Notes: generated by a model from the sequence alone, not told the origin. DNA of 64,000 nt from an uncultured Trueperaceae bacterium (GCA_963727505.1 CAVSGP010000009.1:544001-608000), one strand, 5' to 3'. Shown: positions 11,179 to 20,307, numbered from the stretch's first letter. Translations and numbers: made by a program.

Positions 11179-11190
11179 ACTGGGCCCCCG

Positions 11191-11931
11191 ATGCGCCTGT
11201 TCGCCATCGCCGACCCTCACCTGTCCCGCGCCGATCCGAAGCCGATGACGATCTTCGGTGAGACCTGGCAAGGTCATCCCGACGCCTTCTTCGACGGCTG
11301 GCGCAGCGTCGTGGAGGACGATGACCTGGTCCTGGTACCGGGCGACCTGTCCTGGGCGATGCGGTTCGAGGACGCGCTGATCGATCTGAGCGACATCGCG
11401 GCGTTGCCCGGACGCAAGGTGATCCTGCGCGGGAACCACGACTACTGGTGGCCCTCGATCTCCAAGCTACGACGGGGCCTTCCGCCCGGCATGCACGCGG
11501 TGCAGAACGACGCCGTAGCGCTGGATGGGGTGGTGGTCGCGGGAACGCGCGGCTGGGTGTGCCCCGGAAGCCGCGGCTTCACGGAACAGGACGAGAAGAT
11601 CTACCGCAGGGAGATCGAGCGGCTGGCCCTGTCGTTGCGAGCCGCGGAACAACTCGAGGGCGACTACCGGGTGGTGATGCTCCACTTCCCGCCCACCAAC
11701 CCGCGACTCGAGCCCTCGGAGTTCACCCGCCTGCTGCTCGACGCGGCGCCCGATGCGCTGGTATTCGGCCACGTCCACGGCGAGCCGGAGGGAGTGCTAG
11801 AGCGCCTCGACGCGATCGACGTGCATTTCGTCGCCGCCGACGCGCTGCGCTTCGTGCCGCGCTTGATCCATGACTTCGGTTCCGAGAATCGCGTCGAGGC
11901 GCCGGTGTCGGTCGCCCGCACCGGACGCTAG
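11191..11931 (+). CDS. Calcineurin-like metallophosphoesterase
   Basis: D-x-H, GDLSW, GNHDYW, MLHFPP and GHVH metal ligands. Confidence 0.88.
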   Translation: MRLFAIADPHLSRADPKPMTIFGETWQGHPDAFFDGWRSVVEDDDLVLVPGDLSWAMRFEDALIDLSDIAALPGRKVILRGNHDYWWPSISKLRRGLPPGMHAVQNDAVALDGVVVAGTRGWVCPGSRGFTEQDEKIYRREIERLALSLRAAEQLEGDYRVVMLHFPPTNPRLEPSEFTRLLLDAAPDALVFGHVHGEPEGVLERLDAIDVHFVAADALRFVPRLIHDFGSENRVEAPVSVARTGR

Positions 11932-11977
11932 CGCGCCTCTACAGGAGAGACTGCGTCCCCCCCGTGACTGGAGCGGG

Positions 11978-12400
11978 TCAGGCGCTGGGATGCCCGCCGG
12001 CACCGCCGGCGCTGCGGGTGTCGTCGACCGCTCCCGGCAGGGGGCGGGTGTCGGCGTCGGCGCTGAGCGGGTGGTAGTGGGTGATGCCGTCCTGGCCCCT
12101 CTCCCACGTCAGGCAAACCACTTCGGCGCCGAGCTGGCTGGGAAAGTCCACCAGGCCCTCCTGGACGTCGCGAACCTGCACGCCCAAGCGGTCGAGCTCC
12201 GCTTTGCTGGTGTGGATGACGTCGAGCAGGAAGGTAACCTCGCGGGCCAGGTTGGCGGACTCCACAGAGGGTCCGGCAAGCTCCGAGTTCGCCTCGCGCA
12301 ATCGGGCGAGATCGGTCGCCGCGCCCTGCAGCTCCCCGAGATGCTCGTCCACCACTGGGAGGAGGCGGGTCGCTTCGTTGAGGGTGAATAGGCGGTACAT
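11978..12400 (-). CDS. DUF2203-family protein
   Basis: FTLNEA..LLP and GLVDFPS...V.LTW..G...ITHYH pattern; GAGGAGGAG RBS. Confidence 0.75.
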   Translation of the reverse strand: MYRLFTLNEATRLLPVVDEHLGELQGAATDLARLREANSELAGPSVESANLAREVTFLLDVIHTSKAELDRLGVQVRDVQEGLVDFPSQLGAEVVCLTWERGQDGITHYHPLSADADTRPLPGAVDDTRSAGGAGGHPSA

Positions 12401-12615
12401 GGACTCCTCCTCTCGCCCTTCTCAAGGATACTCTCTACGGGGCCTCTGCGCCTGTACCCATTCATACAAAACTTGAGCGTCCTACGCTAAAGGCAAGCGT
12501 CCCGCTCACGGTTCCGAGCCGCGCCCGACGCTCTGGTAGACTTTCCCGGGGCTCAGGTGCCGCGCGCCGGGCTCGAGGTCCCGGTGCGGGAGCACCGGGG
12601 CGCTCGGAGGGAGTC

Positions 12616-13807
12616 ATGCACGAAGTCAGCGTCCTCGTCGTCAACGCGGGGAGCTCCAGCCTCAAGGTCAAGCTCTTCCCGGCCGGAGATTCCGTCCTGG
12701 TGGAGCGGATCGGCGGCGACAGCAACATCGTCGCGAGCTTCGGCTCGGCGCGCTCCGAGCCGATCGCTCGGCACGACGAGGCCCTGCGGAGGGCGCTGGA
12801 GCTGCTGGACGCGCGCGTCCCGCCCGGCGGCATCCGGCGCCGTGGGGCACCGCGTGGTGCACGGAGGGATGCGTTTCTCGCGGCCCGTGCTCATCGACGC
12901 GGCCGTCGAAAGGATCGTGGGCGAGCTGTCGAGCCTGGCTCCGCTCCACAATCCCGCCAACCTCGAGGGCATCCGGGCGGCGCGAGCGCTGCTGCCCGAC
13001 GTGCCGCATGTGGCGGTGTTCGACACCGCGTTCCATTCCGGTATGCCGGCACGCGCCTTCCTCTTCGGCCTCCCCATCGGCCTCTACCGGGAGCGACGCA
13101 TCCGGCGCTACGGCTTCCACGGCACCAGTCACGATTTCGTGACCGATCACGCCGCGGCGCTGCTCGGGCGCCCGCGTGAAGCGCTCAAACTGGTTTCGCT
13201 GCACCTGGGGAACGGCGCCAGCGCGGCGGCCGTGGCCGGAGGCCGCAGCATCGACACCAGCATGGGCTTCACCCCGCTGGACGGGCTGCTGATGGGCACG
13301 CGCAGCGGCACGTTGGATCCCGGCGTGCTGCTCCACCTGTTGCGCGGTGGCATGGACCTCGACGACCTCGACCGGCTGCTCAACCGTGAATCGGGCCTCC
13401 TCGGCCTGTCGGGCGTGTCCAACGACATGCGCGACGTACGAGCCGCGGCGGAAGGCGGAGACCCGGACGCGCGCGGAGCGCTGGAAGTGTTCGCCTACCG
13501 CATCACCAAGACCGTGGGCGCGTACGCAGCCGCCATGGGCGGCCTCGACGCCATCGTCTTCACCGGTGGGATCGGCGAGAACGACGCGCGCATGCGGCAG
13601 GAGAGCATGGCCGGCCTGGGCTTCCTGGGCGTTCGTCTGGACGAGGGTCGCAACGCCGGCCACGCCGAGCGCATCTCGGCTGACGACGCTTCGGTGGCGG
13701 TGCTGGTGGTGCCGACCGACGAGGAACGCATGATCGCCCGCGCGACCGCCGAGCTGGCCGGTCTCGGGCAGCCCGGCGACGACGCCGTGCGGGAGGAGAC
13801 GACGTGA
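12616..13807 (+). pseudogene. ackA: Acetate kinase interrupted by a one-base insertion frameshift at about 12832-12838
   Basis: N-terminal VLVVNAGSSSLK is in the 12616 frame; GHRVVHGG, LAPLHNP, VFDTAFH, RRYGFHGTSH, HLGNGAS and FTGGIGEN are in the next frame. Confidence 0.85.
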
Positions 13808-14697
13808 AGACGCTCGGGCTGGACCTGGGAGGCACCAAGATCGCCGCGGCCGTGGTGAGCGACGGGCGCATTGTCGACGCGACAAGGGTCGAGACCCCAC
13901 AGACAGGCTTCGCGGACGTGGCCGAGGCGCTCGCCCGGGCCGCGCGTACGTTGTTGGAGCGTGGGCACGAGGAGGTGGCCGCGATCGGTGTGGGGTCGCC
14001 GGGCCCGCTGGACTACCGGGCGGGCAAGGTGCTGTTCGCGCCCAACATCGCCGGTATGGAGGACGCGCCCATCGTGGCGGAGCTCGAGCGTCGGTTGGAA
14101 CGCACCATCGTGCTGGAGAACGACGCCAATGCCGCCGGGCTGGCCGAGCACCTCTACGGCGCCGCCCGGGATCTCGAGTCCAGCCTCTACATGACCATCT
14201 CTACCGGCATCGGCGGCGGCCTGTTCATCGGCGACCGGGTCATCCGTGGCGCGCACGGCCTGGCCGGCGAGATCGGCCATATGACGGTGTTGCCCGGCGG
14301 GCCGATCGGGGGAGACGGCTTGCTGGGCACGTTGGAGGCGATCGCGGCCGGCCGCTCCATCGCGCGCGATGCAAGCTACGCCTACGGTCGCGAGATGGAC
14401 ACCCGCGAGGTCTTCGAGCGCGCCCAGGCCGGCGAGATGAAGGCGCTCGAGATCGTCGACAACGCCGCCCGTTTCACGGGCATCGGCATCGCCAACCTCG
14501 CCAAGATCTTCGATCCAGAGGGGTTCGTCATCGGCGGAGGGATGAGCCAGGTGGGGCCGTTCTACCTCGATCGCATCGGTCGCGCGGCAGCCGCCTATCT
14601 TCGGGGCTATCCGGACGCCGACATCCGCATCGCCAAGCTGGGAACCGACGCCGGCGTCATCGGGGCGGCGGCGGTAGCGGCGCAGTCACTGCGGTAG
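13804..14697 (+). CDS. glk: ROK-family sugar kinase (glucokinase-like)
   Basis: DLGGTKI, ENDANAAGLAE, TISTGIGGG and AGEIGH motifs. Confidence 0.85.
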   Translation: MKTLGLDLGGTKIAAAVVSDGRIVDATRVETPQTGFADVAEALARAARTLLERGHEEVAAIGVGSPGPLDYRAGKVLFAPNIAGMEDAPIVAELERRLERTIVLENDANAAGLAEHLYGAARDLESSLYMTISTGIGGGLFIGDRVIRGAHGLAGEIGHMTVLPGGPIGGDGLLGTLEAIAAGRSIARDASYAYGREMDTREVFERAQAGEMKALEIVDNAARFTGIGIANLAKIFDPEGFVIGGGMSQVGPFYLDRIGRAAAAYLRGYPDADIRIAKLGTDAGVIGAAAVAAQSLR

Positions 14698-14956
14698 GCC
14701 GCACGCTGGCCGCAGCCACGCTGCCGTCGGGAAGAAGAGACCCTGTCAGGTAGACGCTTCCCGTAGGCACGCTCGCGAGTCCCGTGACGATGAGTTGCCG
14801 GCCGTCCTCCAGGCGCGCCCGCGCACGGCCCTGCCCGAGAGGCGTCAAGGTCGCCACGAAAGCGGTTGCGGGCGGTGTCGTCGCCGGACAGCACGCCGAC
14901 AGGACCAGCGTCAGGCCGAGCGTGGCCACGACCCCGGCGAGCGCGTGCCGCGACAT
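14657..14956 (-). CDS. Small putative lipoprotein (99 aa)
   Basis: Signal peptide MSRHALAGVVATLGLTLVLSA-C with lipobox; starts 1 nt after the upstream stop; overlaps the glk 3' end. Confidence 0.55.
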   Translation of the reverse strand: MSRHALAGVVATLGLTLVLSACCPATTPPATAFVATLTPLGQGRARARLEDGRQLIVTGLASVPTGSVYLTGSLLPDGSVAAASVRPTAVTAPLPPPPR

Positions 14957-14957
14957 C

Positions 14958-15881
14958 TCAGGGGTGGCCCGGTGCCTCGGTACGGGCACCCGCCTGGTCG
15001 GACGCGCCGTCCGAGCCGTGATGCGGGTCCGGTGCGTCGTCACGGAAGTCGGGGTTGGCGCGGATCTCGGCCGCCCGCGGATGCCGGTTGGCATCGACCT
15101 CGAGGCGCGCGAAGCGCGGGTCGTTCGCGCGTTCCTTCCAGACCCGCGGCTTCGCCGGAATGCCGAGCCCGACCACGTGCGGGTCGAGATCGTGCGTTGC
15201 GAGCGCCAGCGCGCCCAGCATGCTGTCGTCCGACAGCACGGTGCCGGCCAGGACAGTGGCGTGGTACGCGACGCGTACGCCGCGGCCGATGACCGTCTTG
15301 CGCAGGGTGACATCGGACTGCTCCAGCAGATCGTGGGTGTGCGAGTACACGTTGGCGTAGTCGCTGAGGCTCGCGCCGTCATGGAGCTCGACCCCGCCGA
15401 TGTCGTCGACGAAGACATTGCGGTGGATCACCACGTCGTCGCCGGCTTCGATGTTGTAGCCGACCGACACTTCGACGTTCTGGAAGATCTTCAGGTTCCT
15501 GCCCGCGCGGGCGAAGATGCGTTGGGCGAGCATGCGCCGGATCGCGACCCCGCTGGCGATCGACTGGCCGAGCGGTGTGGCGTCGAGCGACTTCCACAGC
15601 CACAAGAGCGGCTTGACGCGTGCGAAGCGCTCCGCGTCGGTCGCCGCGTAGTGCTCCGCCTCGAAGCGCGCGTTGCGCGGGTCCAGCGCGAAGGCTGCCA
15701 TCGGAGCGTCCTGTGCCAGCGCGTCGTAGGGGCGTGCATAGAGCTGGCGCGCCAGCGTTTCGCGCACGACGTCGTTGCGGTCCTGCGCCGGATCGTCGAG
15801 CCGTTCTGCCAGCGCGCCGATGAAGCTTCGCAGCTGTGCATCGGCGGGTGGATCGAGGGGCCGTTTCTGCAGCCAAGGCAT
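14958..15881 (-). CDS. Hexapeptide-repeat (left-handed beta-helix) acyltransferase
   Basis: GYNIEAGDDVVIHRNVFVDD, TVIGRGVRV...ATVLAG and GIPAKP LbH pattern; start MPWLQKR. Confidence 0.85.
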   Translation of the reverse strand: MPWLQKRPLDPPADAQLRSFIGALAERLDDPAQDRNDVVRETLARQLYARPYDALAQDAPMAAFALDPRNARFEAEHYAATDAERFARVKPLLWLWKSLDATPLGQSIASGVAIRRMLAQRIFARAGRNLKIFQNVEVSVGYNIEAGDDVVIHRNVFVDDIGGVELHDGASLSDYANVYSHTHDLLEQSDVTLRKTVIGRGVRVAYHATVLAGTVLSDDSMLGALALATHDLDPHVVGLGIPAKPRVWKERANDPRFARLEVDANRHPRAAEIRANPDFRDDAPDPHHGSDGASDQAGARTEAPGHP

Positions 15882-15958
15882 CGCACCTAACGTTAGCCAC
15901 AAGGCGCCGTCGCCTCGTGTCGGACTCGCTACCCTCGCAGGCCCCATCGCGGCGATCG

Positions 15959-16606
15959 TCACACCCGGCGCACCCCCACGATCGCGCCCTCGGCCGCGAG
16001 GCGAAGGCGGCAGGCAGTCCCGAGCAGCTCCGCTGCACGTTCGGTCAGCGCCTCGGCGGCGGCTTGTTCCGGCCCGGACGCTTCCTCGGCCCTGTGCAAC
16101 AGCACCGGGCGCGCCTCCAGCGCGATGCCGTGCCCACGCTGCAGCCGCTCCCACACCGCTTCGTAACTCCAGTCCCTCTGGTAGAGGCGCTTGAGCGCCA
16201 TCAGGGCCGGTCGTCCCCGTACGGCGACCGCGCCGTCCTGCAGTGGCCGGCGCACCCGCACCCTGCTCGGAAGATCCGCGGTGGCCTGGTAGAAGTCGTC
16301 GACGGTCTCGTCCAGCATGTAGTGTTGGCGCACCAGCGCCTCGGCGGCGGGACAGGCCTCCTCGACGTCGTCCTCGTCCGGGTCCGTGGGGCTGACTGCC
16401 GTGAACAGCTCGTTGAGAAGGGCGGGCAGGTTGTTGAGGCGGTAGAAGCGCTCCTCCACTGCGGGCGGGACCACCACCACCGACCCGACGGGGAGCCCCG
16501 CCGCCGACAGTGCCGCCAGATCGGCCACCTCCACATGCTGGGACAGGAGCTCTGGCGGCAGCCGGCGCAGGGGTAGCGGACGGGCGAGGGGAGGGGTCGC
16601 TTGCAT
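15959..16606 (-). CDS. Hypothetical protein resembling a degenerate PEP synthase/PPDK N-terminal domain
   Basis: Coding-like 215-aa ORF; TACAAT 7 nt before the ATG; LAALSAAGLPVG..VV resembles LGELxxAGLPVPxGF. Confidence 0.7.
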   Translation of the reverse strand: MQATPPLARPLPLRRLPPELLSQHVEVADLAALSAAGLPVGSVVVVPPAVEERFYRLNNLPALLNELFTAVSPTDPDEDDVEEACPAAEALVRQHYMLDETVDDFYQATADLPSRVRVRRPLQDGAVAVRGRPALMALKRLYQRDWSYEAVWERLQRGHGIALEARPVLLHRAEEASGPEQAAAEALTERAAELLGTACRLRLAAEGAIVGVRRV

Positions 16607-16732
16607 GGCTCCCATTGTAGGAGCGTGGCCGCCGGCAGGGGGTTGCCAGCACGCCGCCAGACTGTGAAGAAGGCCCTCCGGGACGGCGCTCGGGCCTCAC
16701 CGGGCCTTCATGGACCATGGTAGACTCCAGCC

Positions 16733-18016
16733 GTGGTGCAGAACGCTGGAACGCCGAGCGAGGCGCGGGACCAGGCACTCCGCCGCAAGCGCTTCCGACT
16801 CATCGCGGTGGCCGCGCTGCTGGTGGTCGTCGGCGTGTTCGCGGTCATCTCGGTGCGCGACTACTTCACGGTCCGCGAGGTGCGGCTCCCCGACGTTGTG
16901 GGGATGCCGTACCCGGACGCGGCTCGGGTACTGCGCCAGGCGGGCCTGAAGCCGCAGGCGTTCGTGGAGAACGTGACCGGCGCCGCCAATCAGGCGGTCA
17001 CCACCCAGGCTCCCGAAGCCGGGACGGTTGTGCGCCAGGACCGCATCATCCACGTGGGAGTCAACAACCCACCGGCCCAGATGCGCGTGCCGAAAATGAC
17101 CGGGATGAGCGAAAAGGACGCTTTGAAGCAGGCGTCGGAGCTGAGCCTGCCGGTCACCTCGCTGATCTACCAGGCCGACGCGGCCGACGCCGGCACCGTG
17201 ATCGCTCAGGAGCCGGGCGGCGGGAGTGAGCTCGGTGCCGACGGGAAGCTTGCGCTCACCGTCAGCACGGGCCCGGCCCGCCAGCCGCTGAGCGTGCCCG
17301 ACGTCAAGGGAATGGACCATGCGGCTGCCGTCGCCAAGCTCAAGGCGGCGGGCTTCACCGAGGTCGAAGCCCTGCCGGGCGGCGTCAGCTTCGACAAGGT
17401 CGGCGCGGTCACGAGCACCCGACCGAAGGCTGGCTCGACCGTCCCGCCGGGGACCCCGGTGGCGGTCTTCTACGCACTCTCCGGACGCGCCATCGTCGAG
17501 GTGCCCAACGTCTCCGGCATGCCGTTGTGGCGTGCCCAGCTCGCCCTGGAAGCGGCCCAGCTCCGGATCGGGCATGTCGACTACGTGCAGCAGACCGACA
17601 AGCCGCAGGGCGTGATGAAGGTGGCGCCGTCGGGCTACACCCTGCCCGGCACGCCGCTGCAGGTCACCGTCAACGGCACCCCGAGCGCCAACCCACTGCA
17701 GACGGGCGGCGCTGGCAACGGAGGCTCACCGTCCGGAGCGGGGCTCGACGCCAACGGCGGGTCGGGCGCATCCGCCTCCGGAGGCACGCGCACGGTGCCG
17801 TTCAGCTTCGATCCCAGGACGATGGGGCTGAAGCGGCTGATGGACCAGGCCTACGAGCTGAAGCTGGTGGTGCGCGATGACGATGGAGAGCGCACCGTGC
17901 TGAACCGGGCGATGAAGGCGGGGGAGAGCCTCGTGATGACGGTGCAGGTGCATGGCAGCAACCCGCTTCTGCAGACCTACATCGACGGGGTGTTCTTCCA
18001 AGCCTGGCGACCCTGA
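16733..18016 (+). CDS. Membrane-anchored multi-PASTA-domain protein (no kinase domain)
   Basis: N-terminal TM, then four LPDVVG/VPKMTG/VPDVKG/VPNVSG repeats with Q.P.AG motifs; TAGACT 6 nt before the GTG. Confidence 0.9.
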   Translation: MVQNAGTPSEARDQALRRKRFRLIAVAALLVVVGVFAVISVRDYFTVREVRLPDVVGMPYPDAARVLRQAGLKPQAFVENVTGAANQAVTTQAPEAGTVVRQDRIIHVGVNNPPAQMRVPKMTGMSEKDALKQASELSLPVTSLIYQADAADAGTVIAQEPGGGSELGADGKLALTVSTGPARQPLSVPDVKGMDHAAAVAKLKAAGFTEVEALPGGVSFDKVGAVTSTRPKAGSTVPPGTPVAVFYALSGRAIVEVPNVSGMPLWRAQLALEAAQLRIGHVDYVQQTDKPQGVMKVAPSGYTLPGTPLQVTVNGTPSANPLQTGGAGNGGSPSGAGLDANGGSGASASGGTRTVPFSFDPRTMGLKRLMDQAYELKLVVRDDDGERTVLNRAMKAGESLVMTVQVHGSNPLLQTYIDGVFFQAWRP

Positions 18017-18318
18017 TCCCCACCCAGCAACGGGCGCAATGCGCCCAGCCCGCCCAGCACGTTGAAGGTGTGCCGGAATCCCGCCTGTTCCAGGTAGAGG
18101 CCCGCCAACTCACTGAGCAGACCCCGCTCGCAGACCAGATAGACCGGTGCGTCCAGATCGACGTCCGCCGGCAGCTCTCCGGCCTGGATGGCCTCCAGTG
18201 GCAGGCTGCGACTGCCGGGGAGTCCGTCACGGGCGTGCTGAACGGAGCTTCGCACGTCGAAGAAGGGAACGCCGTCGAGGAAGGCCCGGGCGGCGTCGGA
18301 CGGGGGTGCGCTGCGCAT
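17977..18318 (-). CDS. Single-domain rhodanese-like protein
   Basis: FFDVR, LPGS, active-loop CERGLLS and NVLGGL motifs; TACGCT 5 nt before the ATG. Confidence 0.82.
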   Translation of the reverse strand: MRSAPPSDAARAFLDGVPFFDVRSSVQHARDGLPGSRSLPLEAIQAGELPADVDLDAPVYLVCERGLLSELAGLYLEQAGFRHTFNVLGGLGALRPLLGGDQGRQAWKNTPSM

Positions 18319-18489
18319 GCCCGAGCGTAGCGCGCCGGTGCGCCGGTGCGGGTTGTGGGCATGGCGCCGACGGCCGCCCGCACGGCTCTGGGTAGTGGGA
18401 ATTGTCGCTGCGGATGGGCCTTCGGGCCGAAACACTGGTTCTTGTATACTCGCTCGTGACGGAAGCGACGATAACGGAGGAGGTTGTCC

Positions 18490-20235
18490 GTGAGCCAACC
18501 CGAGATTTCACCGCTGGCGCGGAGGCTGGCGGAAGAGAACAACGTCGACTGGCGTGATCTGCACGGCAGCGGCGCGGGAGGCAAGGTCGTCGAGCGAGAC
18601 GTGCTCGAGTACCTGGCCCGCGTGATGGCGGGCGAGGAGGATCTCGATCCCACCCCGGAGCCGGTGCCCGAGGGCATGGAGGCCTGGCCCGAGGAGGACG
18701 TCCACACCTTCCGACAGGACATGCGGGCATCGAATCAGAACGTCGGCCTGCAGGAGATCCAGCAGGAGCTGTCGGCCTCCGACCGCCTCATCGAAGGGAC
18801 GTCGACCCCGGATGAGCCTCCGCTGGACATGGGTTCGGAAGGCGGCGGTGACGGACTCGACGCACAGGGAGACGACATCAGCGAGGACATCTTCCTGTTC
18901 GACGACGAGGATGCGGCGGTGCCGGAGGGGCCGCCTGCGGCGCAGACCGACGACGTAGGCTGGTCTGCCCGACTGCGTGCGGAGGAGGCCGAGCAGGAGG
19001 ACGAGCTGCTGGTCGCGGGCGAGGATGCCGCCGGTTGGGACGGCGGCCTCGACGATGAAGGGCTCGACGCCGTGGACGAGGAGGCGCTCTGGGCGAGCGC
19101 TGGCTCGCAGGACGCGCCGGGGCGCCTGCCCGAGGTATTCGGGGGCGTGGAGGAGACGCCGGCGGCCGCGCACGACCTTGGAGGTGACGCGCTGTTCGAC
19201 GACGCCGGGACGACCGCGGCCGGCGAGTCAGTGCCGGGCGAGTCCGTGCCCGACGAGCTGGACGTGGCGCCGCTCGGCGACCTCGAGCTCGACGATGAGG
19301 AGCGCGCTGGGGAGTACTACGGCGAGTTGCACGGCGGCTCTGTCGAAGAGGACCGTTCCGTCTCCGACTTCGAGGCGGGTTTCGACGGCGGTTTCGATGC
19401 GCCGGACGACAGCGAGGCGCAACTCGACGCCGGGGCGAGCGCCCGTCCCCCGGTGGACGAGGCCCCGGAAGGTGGCGTCCCGATGGCCGACGCCATGGAC
19501 GAGTCGATCGTTCGTCAGGAGGCTCCTGAGGTGACCTCCGACGAGGTGATGGACGCTCCGGCCTGGTCCACGGAGCCGGGCCCCGACCTGTCCGATGCGT
19601 CGCCGGTCGGGGTGCCGGCGACCGACGACGCTCCGCCCCCGGCCGTGTCGGAGCGGGCGAGCGCCGAAGGTGCTGCCGCGGCCGGCGCCATACCTTCTGA
19701 GTTGCCGCTGGTGAGCTACGGCACGCTGCTGCGGCGCCACCTCGATGTGACGGCGCTGGCCAGCGCACAGCTTGCGGTGGGACTCGAGCTCGGCGAGAGT
19801 GAGCCCCTGCCACCCGGACCGTTCCTGCTCCGAGCAGCCGCCATGGCGGCTGCCGGCGGAGCCTGGGGGGACGGGCCGGTGGCGGTGATCGGCTGGAACG
19901 AGCGGGGCGAGCTCCGCGTCACCCGGATGGCCGATGCGGCCGAGCGCCCGTTCGTCGATCTCGTGCGCGACGCGGGCGCGGCGCGGGGCGAGGCGTCGTC
20001 CGACGCGTCCGGCGTGAGCCTCGCCGTGGCCGACATGTCGGCACTGGAGGTGGACGAGGCCGTCCTGAACGTGGACGCCCCTCTTCTCACGCTGGGCCGC
20101 ATCCTCTACGACAATCAGCGCGGAAGCTACCGCAGCACGCTGTCGCTGGCGGGCGATGTGGCGCCCGAGCGGGGTGCCCGGCTGCTCGCCCGGGTGGCCG
20201 AACTGCTCGACGCTCCGGTGCGACTGCTGCTCTGA
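18490..20235 (+). CDS. E3-binding (PSBD) domain + very long acidic linker + degenerate 2-oxoacid dehydrogenase E2 core-like domain
   Basis: ISPLARRLAEENNVDW..L.GSG.GGKV...DV; D/E-rich middle; C-terminus ARLLARVAELLDAP..LL; GGAGGAGG RBS. Confidence 0.85.
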   Translation: MSQPEISPLARRLAEENNVDWRDLHGSGAGGKVVERDVLEYLARVMAGEEDLDPTPEPVPEGMEAWPEEDVHTFRQDMRASNQNVGLQEIQQELSASDRLIEGTSTPDEPPLDMGSEGGGDGLDAQGDDISEDIFLFDDEDAAVPEGPPAAQTDDVGWSARLRAEEAEQEDELLVAGEDAAGWDGGLDDEGLDAVDEEALWASAGSQDAPGRLPEVFGGVEETPAAAHDLGGDALFDDAGTTAAGESVPGESVPDELDVAPLGDLELDDEERAGEYYGELHGGSVEEDRSVSDFEAGFDGGFDAPDDSEAQLDAGASARPPVDEAPEGGVPMADAMDESIVRQEAPEVTSDEVMDAPAWSTEPGPDLSDASPVGVPATDDAPPPAVSERASAEGAAAAGAIPSELPLVSYGTLLRRHLDVTALASAQLAVGLELGESEPLPPGPFLLRAAAMAAAGGAWGDGPVAVIGWNERGELRVTRMADAAERPFVDLVRDAGAARGEASSDASGVSLAVADMSALEVDEAVLNVDAPLLTLGRILYDNQRGSYRSTLSLAGDVAPERGARLLARVAELLDAPVRLLL

Positions 20236-20260
20236 GCTTCTCATCGACCATGGAAACGGA

Positions 20261-20294
20261 AGCGCTCCGGCCCTGCGGCCGGAGCGCTGCTTTT
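20261..20294 (+). terminator. Intrinsic terminator after the E2-like gene
   Basis: agcgctccggcc-ctgc-ggccggagcgct then gctttt. Confidence 0.75.
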
Positions 20295-20307
20295 CGAGGG
20301 ATGGTTC

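Noticed and set aside
12482..12498. DdrO/RDRM radiation-response operator (CTACGCTAAAGGCAAGC)
   Set aside because: Only the left half resembles the palindrome, and the neighbours are not DNA-repair genes.
12820..12845. Programmed ribosomal frameshift in ackA
   Set aside because: No slippery heptamer or known +1 shift site, and no precedent I know of for ackA; mutation or sequencing error is more likely.
19222..19257. 15-bp repeat inside the E2-like gene
   Set aside because: In-frame GESVP duplication in a low-complexity linker; ordinary slippage.
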